From NCBI GenBank assembly GCA_973895155.1, contig OZ316897.1:22729455-22793454 (forward strand): DNA of 64,000 bases. Reading direction: 5' to 3'. Source of the stretch: Marsupella aquatica (lineage: Eukaryota; Plantae; Marchantiophyta). The position numbers were made by a program, and so were the translations under genes. Of this stretch, positions 13,447-26,050 are shown piece by piece. The notes beneath the pieces are model-generated. The model saw only the letters and a program-made list of their open reading frames with translations, had not been told where the DNA came from and searched no databases. How positions within the stretch are numbered: position 1 is the first letter of the stretch; every line of letters starts with the position of its first letter.

Positions 13447-13630
13447 AACATAAGGGAGGTGGAGGGTACGTGTGTGTGTGGGGGTGGGGTGTAGTGGTGG
13501 GAGTATTGATTATCTCCTCAGCCCTGGTTGCCCACTTTGGGTTCTGGTTTAATCCTCTCTCCCTCCTGGTCTGGGTCCTGTCTGATCCCTGGGTATTGTC
13601 CCCTTGTGGCTGCCCTACATAGAAATGCAT
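13447..13630 (+). mobile_element. Second, truncated copy of the same SINE in opposite orientation
   Basis: Its reverse complement matches 10863-11040 closely (ggagataatcaatactcccaccactacacccc; ttaaaccagaacccaaagtgggcaaccaggg; one VNTR unit). Confidence 0.75.
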
Positions 13631-15689
13631 AGCAGGACATCTATCCTCTGTTGGATGGGCCTGCTTTCGGTTTTCAAGGCAAAAAGAACATCGATGCAGG
13701 CGTTAGTCCACACCTTAGTTAGCAAGGTTGCAACTTGGGGCCTCCCGAATGGAGTACTAGGTACAGTAGTCCTTTGTGCTTCTTTCCAAACTCCCGGAAC
13801 AGAAATCCAGAAGATCTGCTTCCGTACGTGCTCCAGTGCTGATCTCGGACCTTGAAGGACTCGTTTTATCACTCCATCCATGATAATTATGATTGCATGG
13901 CCATTATTTCGCTTTCCCTGGTGGGACCGTGTTCTATGATAAACTTCTGTACACATTGCGTTGGTTCACAGAAAGAGCAGTCCACGAGTCCACTGGCCAT
14001 TCCCAAATTATTTATCCGAAATCTATAGACGGTCCTCCGTGTTGACCTGTATGGACGAGGTCGGGGACCACCGAATCGCTCGTAGCCCACGTCACCGAGT
14101 TCCCTAGCTTAGACGTTACGATCGCGGGCGCATCATTCGCTAACTGTAGACTGCCTAGGTGTGCAACCGAATCACGAATTTGGTCTCTTTTGCGCCAATT
14201 TAAGAAATGGAGTTGTTGAAAAAATAGTAAAATTCCATTCTCGTACGAACATGAGGATCAGCACAATCATTAGCTTTAACTGCCTCGCTGCTTTTGGAAT
14301 CGGTTTTGAAATATTCCCTCGGACGAATGATGGATCTCGTAAGGGGTCGACATGCACTCAATCAGGTCTAGAGGTTCCAAGGTCAGAATTTGAGCGCTTG
14401 CGTCAGATAAAGGTCTTATCTGTATTCAGCTTGCAATGGAACCCGTCGCAGGCGCTTTCCAACAAGCATACTGAATCGAGAACTGTATATCGAGAGGTAG
14501 ACATTGTACACACTCTCCCTGTGATAGCAGAAATTGCAAAGTTCAAAACGAATTATCGCATGATTCTAACAAGCTCGTTCATCAAAGACCGGACAGATTA
14601 GTTTCAAAACACCTACCGATGGAACAGAGCATGGAACTCTGTATGTAGTACCGGATGAGACCTTAATGCAGATGTTCTCCTGTCATAGAAATTATCTAAA
14701 ACTTTGGATCAGGATTTCATTCTTCTGAATCAAATTGTCAATAGTGTAAAAGGTAGAAGAAGGCCGGCTGCAAGGGCAGGTTTCGATCAGGACCTCGCGA
14801 CCGATTTAAATCTAATTGGAGGCTAGTGAGCGTCACGTTTATCAGTGGGGGCAGCTGCATAGCCTTCACATTTCCATTGCGATAAGGATAGTCGTCTCAT
14901 GCTATCTTTAGGCTTCGCCAAACATTTCGGAACCCGTGGCGCAGAATCGTCCCAAAGCATGCATCAGCTGGCGGTATCCCCAGATACTTGCGTCTAGTAT
15001 CCAAAATCAAGCGTTACTTGTTTTATTTTGTGAATCACTTTTAGTTGCAAACGAATACCTTTTTGACAGCAAAGATGAGCTACGATTCCTTCGGTCCTCT
15101 TGTCTGCTCTTTTTGAGCGAGTTCTGCCATCGTCCGTAAATCTGACACCAAAGAAGCATTTAAATCGTCTGTAAAACTGACAGCAAAGAAGGTCTATTCC
15201 TTCCTCTTGTGTCGACTTTCAGACCACAGTTATGCATACGGTGTGTGCATACCAATCCTAGAAAAAGCACCTCACCTTCATTGCTCGTGGGAAGCTAGAT
15301 GGTCGAATGAACAGGCCCCAACGTCAGTCATGCGTGACGAACGCCTTACAAAAGCTCAGAGACGTGGCAGTTGCGATCAATTGAAAAACACAACTAAATT
15401 GAAAGTACGGGCGAGACTCGCTGAGAAAGGCTGCATGTCCTCTAACGCCGTTCAGTATCAGCCTTTCAGATAAGCAGGTTCTGCAGTGTTATAAATGCTG
15501 ATATCGGAGGGAAATTGTACTGTGAATTCCCTTCCAGTCGACGTTGTTGGCTATGGCATGGCCCGGTCGACTTGAGCTCGAGTTAATTGGAGAGCAAGGC
15601 AGGCAGGGCATGGGCAGGGGAGCAATCTGATCGAGAGCTTCACTCGGAGAATTGCACTGGGACGCTAAGTGATTTCGTCGGGACATTCT

Positions 15690-18600
15690 ATGGCAGAACC
15701 CAGAAAACCGCCGCAGCCAGGGAGCCAGGCTGAGCCGCCGCGGTCACAATCAACAATTCTCGAGAACCCTCTCGCATACAAGAGCGACCAGGAAATTCTC
15801 GCTGACGTGCAGCAGTTCTGCAAAGAGAACGAAGGGCTGAGTGGTCATGTTGACTTGTTCAAGCGGGCCGCACTGCTAGCAGCAAATCCGAAGGCCTTTG
15901 AGGAGCGCAATGACATCAGCGAGGAGGACAGAATCATCCTTCGCGAGGAGATCACGCACAAATGGAGACAGCCGTGGTCGCTGTATTACATTTCGGCGAT
16001 GTCGTCTCTTGCAGCTGTGGTGCAGGGAATGGATGAGTCTGTCGTCAACGGGGCGCAGGTTTTCTATTATGCGGCGTTCGGAATTAACAAAGATTCCGAT
16101 ACCATCATCCAGGGTTTGGTCAACTCGGCGCCATACTTGTGCTGCTTCGTTCTGGCCTGTTGGCTAACGGCTCCCATGAACAGACATTTCGGTCGTCGTG
16201 GCACGATCTGGATCTCGTGCCTTGTTGCGGGTAATGCCTGGCTGCCATTATATCGCAATGAGTCCTCTAGCTACGTACAGTACATGATTACAAATCCTGA
16301 GTCACAAATTCATAGCCTATTGATTACAGGGCGCAATTGGCATCGGCTCAGTCTCTTTTAAAGTCACTGAGCTGATCTTCTCAGGGTGATGACATTAAAT
16401 CATGTAATCTTCAAGTATAGACCTGGTTTTAATTGATAGTAAGTTGTCTATTTAATTAATGCCGGGTGAGATGCCGGGTGAATATTGATGAATAGCTTAA
16501 CGAAAGTAGTTCTGCAGACATGGACGTACAATGAATACGTTCGGAGTCGATGCAAACCAACTTCTGGATCAATAGCCTCGTTAGAAACCCAGTTCTTGCG
16601 TTCGTTAACCCTTAAAGATTTCTCTTATCTATGTACCTGACCAGTCGCATATTTACTTGATTAATGATCTCTTTAAAGTCAGTAGAGTTAAGAATGTTGC
16701 TCGTACTAAATGGGTCAATTCTAATTCGTCAAGATTTTGGAAGATTTAGGTAATTGATATCGTCCTCGATTTCGTCAAATCTTTCAAGATAAGTTCATTC
16801 CCACGGGTGATTACTGAGGAGAAGGTACTTGAAGTCAGGCAAGTTCTAGTTAGATGATCAATGAAATTGAAAGTGTCAAATGTACTCATAACTGATCTTG
16901 TGCTGAATATATTTTATAGGGCTTGCTTCCATTTGGGAAGCGTTCACTTACTCCTGGCCACAACTATTCATAGCTCGATTTGTTCTCGGGATCGGTATCG
17001 GACCAAAGTCCTCTACCGCACCCATCTACACTGCCGAATGCTCACCTGCGCCAATCCGTGGCGCGCTTGTTATGATGTGGCAAATGTGGACCGCTTTCGG
17101 AATCATGCTCGGATACGTCGTCGGTGTCATCTTTGCCCCACCGAGAGTGCCGACCGATGTTGCCTGGAGGCTAATGCTCGGGAGCACGGTGGTGGCCCCG
17201 ATCATTGTTTGCTCCATGATCTACATCGGCCCTGAATCGCCTCGCTGGTATGTAAAGAAGGACCGGTACCACGATGCCTTGAAGGCGATGTGCCGTCTTC
17301 GTCGTAGCGAGCTCCAGGCCGCTCGTGATCTCTACTATATGCGTGCTGTCCTCCAGGCCGAACACGAGCTCACGAAGGGCAGGAACCTGCTGAAGGAGCT
17401 GGTTATGGTGCCACGAAATCGACGTGCAATGGTCGGGTCGGGTCTGGTCATGTTTATGCAGCAGTTCTGTGGAGTCAACGTTATTGCTTACTACTCCTCC
17501 ACCATTTTCATCAACGCCGGCTTCGGAATAACCAGCGCGCTCTATGCATCTCTTGGAACAGGTTTGCTATTCTGCCCAGAGCCAATTAAGGTTATGCGTG
17601 ACTGTGCCTTACAAAACAGAGTCGCGAATGAATCAAAATTACCATCCAAAGAAGCCGTCAGTTTCAACCTGTTGTCAGTTGTGTGTATGAAAGTTGAGAT
17701 CCAAACAAGCCTTGAGTCAGTTTGAAATCATTGAATATGTTATCGGTGGTCACCTATCAGATCTTGGCTGAGAAAGCTTGATGTTTGATGTTCACAGTAA
17801 TTGGCACCATGTTGAATCAATGATTATGTATCCAAGTTTTGTACTAGGAAACAGATTTCCTACTTGTATGTGGGGCTGCATTGGAACCTACTTCAAGGTG
17901 AGGAAATTTACAGAGGACTACTACTTCTCCCAAGGTCTGGCTGGTCTATGATCGGAAATTGCTAAAGTTAGTATGTGTATAAGCCCCATGTATAGGTCTC
18001 CTCCTTGGAACTGGTTCCCCCGTAAGTTTACTGCAAATTGCAAATGGATATAGTAATATCTGATCCCTACATTGTAAGTTATGGAAATAGTTGTAGCTTA
18101 GGGGTAGGAGTATCTGACTTCTTGGGTTCAAGTACTAATGTGAGGGTCTTCCTCTAATATTAACCGTAGGGATTTGTTCGGTTTACGTGCACATTTTCCT
18201 TTTGCATATTATCATATGAAAATGTCAAATTTTCTTGTGGGACCAACCCTAGCCTTATTATAGGTGAGATCCGTTGTTGAAAATAGGTTCACTTCCTTAC
18301 ATTGTCAAACCCGAGGCAATGTTTCTTGAAGCTGAGATTAATGATTGAACTGAAGTTGAATTTGGGACCAAACTTTTATCACGGGCAAATTCATTGCTGG
18401 CATCAGTTAATCCAGACGAACTGAAGGAGTGTCTAAAATCACGGAGGGTGATTTTTTTCCACAATAATATGTGTCCAATTTTACTCGAAGCTTTGGCGAT
18501 GATGAGGAATTTAGCAAAACTCTCTTTGTGATACACAGTTGATGTCGAAGACTGACTCAGCTCTGGAATGTTGGGATTTTTTGTCAGGGATACTTAACTG

Positions 18601-19216
18601 GTTGTTTGCCATTCCGGCCCTCTACACAATCGACACGTTCGGCCGCAGGAAGCTGTTGCTGATAACGTTCCCGCTGATGTCAATGTCTCTGCTCATCACC
18701 GGGTTCGCGTTCTTCCTTCCCGCCACAGACGCAACTGGGCACTACAACAAGACGAGAATTTCCATCGTCATGCTCGGCATATACCTGTTTGAAGTGTTCT
18801 ACTCGCCCGGAGAAGGCCCCGTTCCATTCACGTACTCCGCGGAGGCTTTTCCTCTCTACGTTCGTGAATTGGGCATGTCATACGCAACAGCTGTTTGTTG
18901 GGGTTTCAACTTTGTCTTGGCCATCACGTTCCCCAAGTTGTTGGTCGCATTCAAGCCCCAAGGCGCTTTCGGATACTATGCTGCGTGGTGTCTCATTGGC
19001 TGGGTGGCAGTGTTTCTCATTTTGCCCGAGACGAAGTCCCTCACTCTGGAAGAGCTCGATACGGTGTTTTCTGTCCCTCACAGAAAGCACATGAGGTACC
19101 AGCTTTCGGTGCTCAAGTACCATATCAACCGCATTCTCGGCAGGCACCCCGAGCCACTGCCGCCTCTCTATGCCATCTCCGAAAAGGTTCTCGATCGAGA
19201 GCTAAACACAATGTAG
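15690..19216 (+). CDS. MFS sugar porter (polyol / myo-inositol transporter), fungal-type; 3 exons 15690-16230, 16920-17561, 18588-19216
   Basis: Phase-consistent GT-AG introns. Motifs QGMDESVVNGAQ, FGRRG, ARFVLGIGIGPKS..PIYTAE..P..IRGALVMMWQ, PESPRW, MQQFCGVNVIAYYS, IDTFGRRKLL, YSPGEGPVPFTYSAEAFPL and LPETK.LTLEEL. Confidence 0.95.
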
Positions 19217-22200
19217 GATGGTGAATCATGCTTTAGTAGTTGTATCTCTAGCTAGGGTGTCGGCTTATTCTTGTAGTTTATTTTCAACATCAGTCCGTCA
19301 AATGTGCCATTCTTGTAATTTATCATTAACATCAGTGTGTCGATCATATATCGGAGAGGGAGCAAAATTTGTGTACATTTTGAAAACACTGTCTCGATCA
19401 ATTGTTTACTTCAGCAGACAGTGCTTGTAGTTTATTCTCTTTCTGGCTTCTCACCGTTGTCTTACATATACTTGGCAAGCTCTCCGCAAGCTCTCTTGCC
19501 TGCTTGCATGTGATATGGGTAGCTTCTTTTGGTGGACTATAAATTAAACCAACAGAAGTCAGTCCCATGAAGTAGTTTGCTGAGTGTATCAGAGGGTGGT
19601 GGTAGAAATAGCTTAAATTGTATGCAGGAGGTTACACATAATTGAATTCCGGCCGCATAAGCCTGTAGAAAAGCTAGGCCACCGGCATACCCAGCCAGAG
19701 CAAGCTTTTGCGAGGTTTGCATCCATGCTTGCCTCCATGGGTACACAACATCATCACTTATCTCTAAAAATTTAGAATCTCAGTTGAGGAGTTGAGATAG
19801 TACCTTTGCACCTCTGTGCATCTCAACTGGATAATTGAGGTTGACTCAATCTCAACTGACCTCGCCGAGATGGACATACGGACCCAAAAAACCCAAAAAT
19901 TTGAAATGAAAAAAAAAAATGAAAAAAAAAAATGGAATTTTTTTCTCCCATCTCGGCTGGCCCTGTACAGTACGGACTTTTCTCGCGCTGCAGCTTGGCG
20001 GCCTCTCTAAGATGAGGTGACAGTTGATATCAGATTGATTGATGAAAGTGAATGATAATTGATGAGATTATTTATCTCTGACTTTGAACATCGATAATTA
20101 GTGGGCCTTCACAAGAACTCCGGGGCACCAGTTCTTTTTTGTTCTATGTGTGAGATGTAAGTGCAGCCATTCAAATGTGGGAACACTTAAAATCAAGACC
20201 TATCTTAGTCATATGTCACTTCCCTTCTTCTTGTCTGCACATTTATGCCTTTAGTCAGTGTGTTTCCAGTTCATTGCTTCCCTAGTTCCCTCTGTTTTTT
20301 GGTCTCCACCACCACTTTCAATTATGCTTGAGAAGTTATTCAAAGTGGCTTTTCATTGCAAACTACAAATAAACCTCACTTTCAATTATACTTGAGAAGT
20401 TATTGTCTAGAGTCTTCACTCTAGAGAGCAAGCTTTCAAAGTAACTTGATTGCTAATTATAAATAAACCCTCTTTTTTTGTCTCCACCCTCACTTCTTGA
20501 GAGTAGCCTGTCAAAGTAGCAAAGTAGCTTTCTATTGCGAATTATAATTAAAGTAGCCGCTGTTAGTGGATATCAATCTAAACAACACAAAGAACTTGAC
20601 AACTAAACTAATTGTCCAGCTCAATGACAATCACTACATTGAGTATAAAGTCAACTTGATCCTATGGAGCGACTAAGTAAACTCATTGCCTTGCTCAACC
20701 ACAACCAATACATTCATTACACTGACTGTAATTTCAAGTCGATCTTAATATGGACTGAAGTCTGATGAACTAGTTACCACAGCATCTCGTAGCATCTCGT
20801 AGCCAGTCTTGCCTTGCTGCCTGGCCATATTATAAATAGAGTAGACTGGTATGCTATTCGATGATGACTTTTCTCAGCATTTGTTTCTCCTTGAATGGAC
20901 AATTTCTCTACAAGATCAAAAAGCTAGAATGTTAGAGCATCTCCAAGTGCCTACTCTATTTCGTTACCCTATACATTAAATCCAGCAGGAAGGAGTTGCC
21001 TTTTTTTAGTGTATTGTATATAGCAAAATACAGTGTAAAGAGTTACTTTGTTTAACCATATTGTATATACTTTGCTAGGATATGCCAAAATGCAAGCCCA
21101 TTAGTTAGTATGATTTTTATTAAGTCCTCACATAGACACCGTTGGATACTAATCATTAGATCTTGGACAGCCTACAACTGAAATTTGTATGCACTGACTC
21201 TACAATTTGCTCAAATACAATTATACCACTAACCAAAAAAACTCATTAATAAGCTCACAATTTAAGACCCTTCCAATAACCCATTGGGATTGCCTTGGTT
21301 GCACAACCTTATTGGGTTTGGTCAACATGCAGTTATAGTAGACTGGCAACCCACTCACTGTTGACGATGCTCTTAATACCAGGGCAGTCTATCAAATGAG
21401 ACAATGACATAAGTCCTACTGGAGCTAACCAGAGCCAGACCCATGTAGATCAGATTGACTAGGGTGATAAAGTGAGCATAGAGAAAGGAGGAGTCCTGGC
21501 TACTCTACTTTCATTGACCATTCATTAGATCTGACTAACATTAACCCAGGTCAGAGAACTTTGTTGGGGATCCAAGCATGGACATGATTGTGCACAAATG
21601 TGCTCCTTTAGCAAGTGTTTTTTGTTGGTTGATAGTAAAGGAGGTGTTTGGGACATATCAAACCTAAGGTCATCCAAGTATATAAAATGCTTCATATGAT
21701 TCATAATGTATCCTAAAAGCCATTTCGGTAACAATAACACAGACTGAGTGCCCACTTCATTGTAAGTGGATTTGTATTTCCATAGGCTGTATGCAGGGTA
21801 CTTCAGGCCTGCCCACGAGCATTTGTTGACCTCCTCATAGAGGTCAACTAGAGTAACTCCATTTGATCTATTAATGTTCCATTGACCATTTCAACCAAAC
21901 AGGAGCCAAGAAGGTGGGTTGCAAATATACAAAGGATAATAAGAGTTTGCATTTTATACAGGGAATAAAGTTTGACTTACACAGAATCCACTATTAATTT
22001 AGTTGGTGTTGCTCAAAATCTGACACCTCAAATTTGACCAGGCAAGGTGCAAGGGTCAATATTTGTTTGACATGGAAGAAAAGAAACCAGTCGTGCATCA
22101 CCGTCCCTAAGGGAAGACTCCTGGATTTGTCATTATTTTGCATCACCTGTCCAAACACACAAATAAAACAGTAATCCATGGAGCATATTATAACATGTTC

Positions 22201-22774
22201 ATCCTGCCTGTAGCAAATGAAGAGGACAGTTATTATATCTATATAATATTAATAATATAAATTAAAAAAATATATCGGGGAGAATATATTTCAAGTGCAA
22301 AAGTGTTGCTGTTTTTTGTCCTCATGAACCCCACTGAGAAGGGGAACAAGAAAGGCCATCAAATAAAATAACACCCCAACAAGAGCAGGGCCAGTACAGT
22401 AGTTGTTAATGTCAAGCGACAAAACAAGGGCCAGCTTTATGGCGGAAAATTAATCCTGCCTCTGAAAGTACTCATTATTTCAACAACTGAATATATTGTG
22501 TGAAATTGTGAATATATCCCAATGCCCATCCGACACTGTCTACTTTCTATAATAAATGCTACTGAGTGAAGGCATTGTCAAGCACTCAAGCATCTGGATA
22601 TTAAGTGAGATTTTCTATTGGGGGGCTTTGGGTGCTCCTCTGGTGTCAGTGAAACAAGGAATTGGCTGGCATACCCTCCAGTTTTCACTGTCATCTTGTC
22701 AGACAAGATGTCTATTTCAAATGATAACTTGTCTGTTCAAAAATGACCTATTTATTCAATATTTCTTTATATTT

Positions 22775-23115
22775 CCCAGCCGGGATCAAAAATTCCCAAA
22801 CCATCTCCGACCCGGTCCCAAACTCTCCCGACCCCTCCCAGCCCGGTCGCAAACTCTCCCGGTTAAGCGAGCCGGCCCCCTGTTTGGGGTCGGGGCCGGG
22901 GAGAAGGGTGGGGCTTGGGGAAGAAGTGTCGGGGCTCGGGGAGAATGGTCGGGGTTGGGGAAGAATTAAGCTGGCCAGGGAGAAGGGTTAAGGAATTTAA
23001 TCAGCTGGGGAGAAGGGTCGGGGCTTGGGGAGAAGGGTCAGGGCAGGGCCGGACCGGGGCTGGGGAGAAGGGGTTGGGGAAGGGTCAGGCCGGGCCGTGC
23101 CAGGATCGACCGGGG
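22775..23115. repeat. GC-rich island: C-rich arm followed by G-run repeats (ggggagaagggtcggggc)
   Basis: Abrupt GC rise within AT-rich DNA. ggg(g)agaaggg(t/g) is repeated about 6 times with many G3-G4 runs. Confidence 0.6.
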
Positions 23116-25479
23116 TGACATGTGTCATTTGTCAGACCTCAGAGGCCCTATTTGTCCGACAAGTCCAAACCGGGGCGTACCCCCTAGCTCTTTTGTTTAG
23201 GTAGTAAACTTGTCTAGAGTTTAAGTCAGCATTTCAAGTCCTATTTCCATGGAGTGATTGTCATGGACAACTGCAATGATTTTTGGACTATTTTCTTCAT
23301 GCTTGAACTAACAAATACTGACCAAAAGGAAAAAATACTCCTGTAGCTGGAAATCAAAGAGACAAGGAATAGAAGCCACTGCAATTGTTGGTTGACTTAG
23401 AGTGGACATCTCCACGAAAAGAGGATCAGATTTTCATGTCTACTAACTGCCCATTTAGGATGGACTCTAAAAGGACCTTCGATTTTGTGCAGTCGATACA
23501 ACCAGAATGTTGTAGTTTTTGGATAGGGAAGGTGGTGGTCTGGGGCAGTGCTTTCCATAAACTTTGTTCAGCAAGTTACCAGAGCAGAGGGACACTTTCA
23601 TCAACTGCAACACCTACACATCCCGCTACACATCCACCCCTGCCACTTTGCAATTATGAGGGCGCCAAACTTATTTGTTGCGAAAGGAACTCCGTGGTAA
23701 TGAAGTAACTAAACAGAAGGGTACAAAAATGAAAAATTACTACTTTCTAACTCTTTGGGAATGGCTGGGGATGATTAGTAGGAAAACTTATTGTCTGTAA
23801 CCAGGAAATAAGCCAGTCTGATCACACCAGTTCCATTGATTAACTGGGATTTATTGTCCAGCTTCGTTCTACAGACGCTAATATGGGAGTATATTTCTGG
23901 CAACACGACTTGTCAGGATCGGGTTTCTCTATCGAAGAGGCAAAGGGGAGGAGACCCCTAACAAGATGCTCGACCAACTGGCATTAACAGCCAGGAGGAG
24001 AAGACCTAATATTAAAACAAAAGATTGTTGGTAAGCACAAGGGAGATAACTCACTGTAGCAAACTCCATCCTAAATGATACGGTAAGATCCATGGGGGTT
24101 GCAGACACCAATTTGCTCTTCCCTAGCCCTACTGCCTGTTTCTGCATTTGATATTGAGGTGAAGGTGTCACAAAGAGACCCTACCGTCCATTGTTTTCTC
24201 AGAATGAACAATTTTTCATGATCTTACCTAAATCAGTCCCGTGGATTCCTCCCAGGTGGACTTCCATGGTGCAAACCTAAATTATTGTAACTGTGAATGG
24301 AGGCAAGTTTTAAAGTGTGACAAATGGACATGGCTCTTTGGCATGAACAAGTACCTCCATGTTAGAATCCAAGTCACTAATTTGCTCTTTATGTGCTTAT
24401 GTAAGTTATAGGTCACTCCATGGTCTTGCATGGAGTGTCCATCTTTTGTTTGTGTCAGGGACCTTTAGGACCTTGCACTGGACAAAGGAAGTTACAAGCA
24501 ATTCCACAGCAGAATTACTTGGTTGGCTTGTCCGGGGGCTTGTCTTTTTTTACCTTCTGTGGAATCAGTGGCAGAACTTTTACCACCAAAGGCAGCAAAG
24601 GGTCTTGGATCCAACACCAGCTTCTTGTACGTCTACACAGAAATAACATGCGTCTTCTATCCTTGCCACACACTCTAACTATTTACATTTCTATCAATTG
24701 GTTTTTTCAAAAACTTGCAAACAATAAAAACATACAAGCATTTTGATCATGTAAAACATTGATAACTAGCACAACATCAAAATGGTAACTTTGTTTTACC
24801 TAATTCTTTGCTGCTCTAAAATTTACCATTCTATTTGTTGATCTTTTTACTGTTATCGAGTATAACGGTTTTTTTTGCCTTGCATCAAACACAAACAGTT
24901 GTGTTTGTTTTTTGTTGAAAACATCATAACATTGTTCCCATGGGGGAAGGAGCTTCCCATGGGGGTCTGTCAATAAATACAACAAATTTTCAGAAAGCGA
25001 GCCCGATGGCCCCATCAATACCCGGCCAGGGGGTGAATGTCACCCAAGCAAGAGGAACAGACAAGACAGAGACCACAGCCAGGGGAGATCTCCACACAAA
25101 ACACCCATTTACTCAGCCCATGCCATCCTGAGCAACCACGCCACAGGAAGGTCACTCCCTCAAATTCCAAAAATTATGGGGTTTCATTCCACTATGTCAA
25201 ATGCTACTCTGATGCAAGGTAGTCAACTGAAGTCAGATCAAAACTTAAATTAACAAAAATTAAAAAGTGTTCATGCTGAGCAGTTCAGATGGCTTCTCTA
25301 AAAACACAATACAAACTCCATATAGAGTCAATCACTCACTCACACTTTGGCTGTCCTAAACCCCAAACAAACAAGTGAAAGTCAGCTTTGACTGAGGAAA
25401 AAAAATGGGAAAAAAAACAAAGAAAAATAAATCATTCTGGCTTTGTTATACTTTGGTGGTCAACATGGCCTCTCTTTAC

Positions 25480-26050
25480 TTTAAGTCATGATATCTTCTA
25501 CTCAACAACATTTTTTATGCAATGAAATCTTTCTAATAAACATTATCTTTTACTCAAGCTATCGCTTGCACCAGGATAATTTTTCTCAACTCATCTTTAG
25601 CCCAATGTCATCTATTACCCATTGATATTTTTTGACAAACAATATCTTTTAGTAAATCACAGGTTTTGCGCAATGATATATTTTACTTAATGACATATTT
25701 TATGCAATGATTATTTTTACTAAATGACATCTTTTACTTAACAACATCTTCTGCGCGACAACATCGTTACTTAACAAGGTCTATTGAGCAACCACATACT
25801 TATTTAACGACATCTTTTACTTAACACTATCTTTTTGCGACATGACATATTTTATTAAGGACATCTTTTGGGCAACCACATGTTTTACTTAACTACATCT
25901 TTTATTTAAGGACATATTTAATGCAAAGACATGTTTACTGAATAACATCTTATGGCCAACCCTTTTGGGCAACCACATATTTTACTTAACCACATCTTTA
26001 TTTAAGGACATGTTTACTGAACAACAGCTTCTGGGCAAAGCTTATGGGCA
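25480..26050. repeat. Degenerate AT-rich minisatellite (~17-18 bp subunits, acatcttttacttaac / ttttgcgcaatga)
   Basis: Recurrent ttttacttaa, acatcttt and gcaa(t/c) words over ~570 bp. Confidence 0.65.

Noticed and set aside
1-20000. Fungal or bacterial contamination as the explanation for the microbe-like genes
   Set aside because: Long plant-style introns and intergenic spacers, plus continuity with nsLTP and CYP701, argue for plant DNA. Read-level confirmation is still needed.
21400-24300. Short ORF fragments with splice-like signals, possibly a decayed TE or gene
   Set aside because: No recognisable transposase, RT or other motif could be supported.
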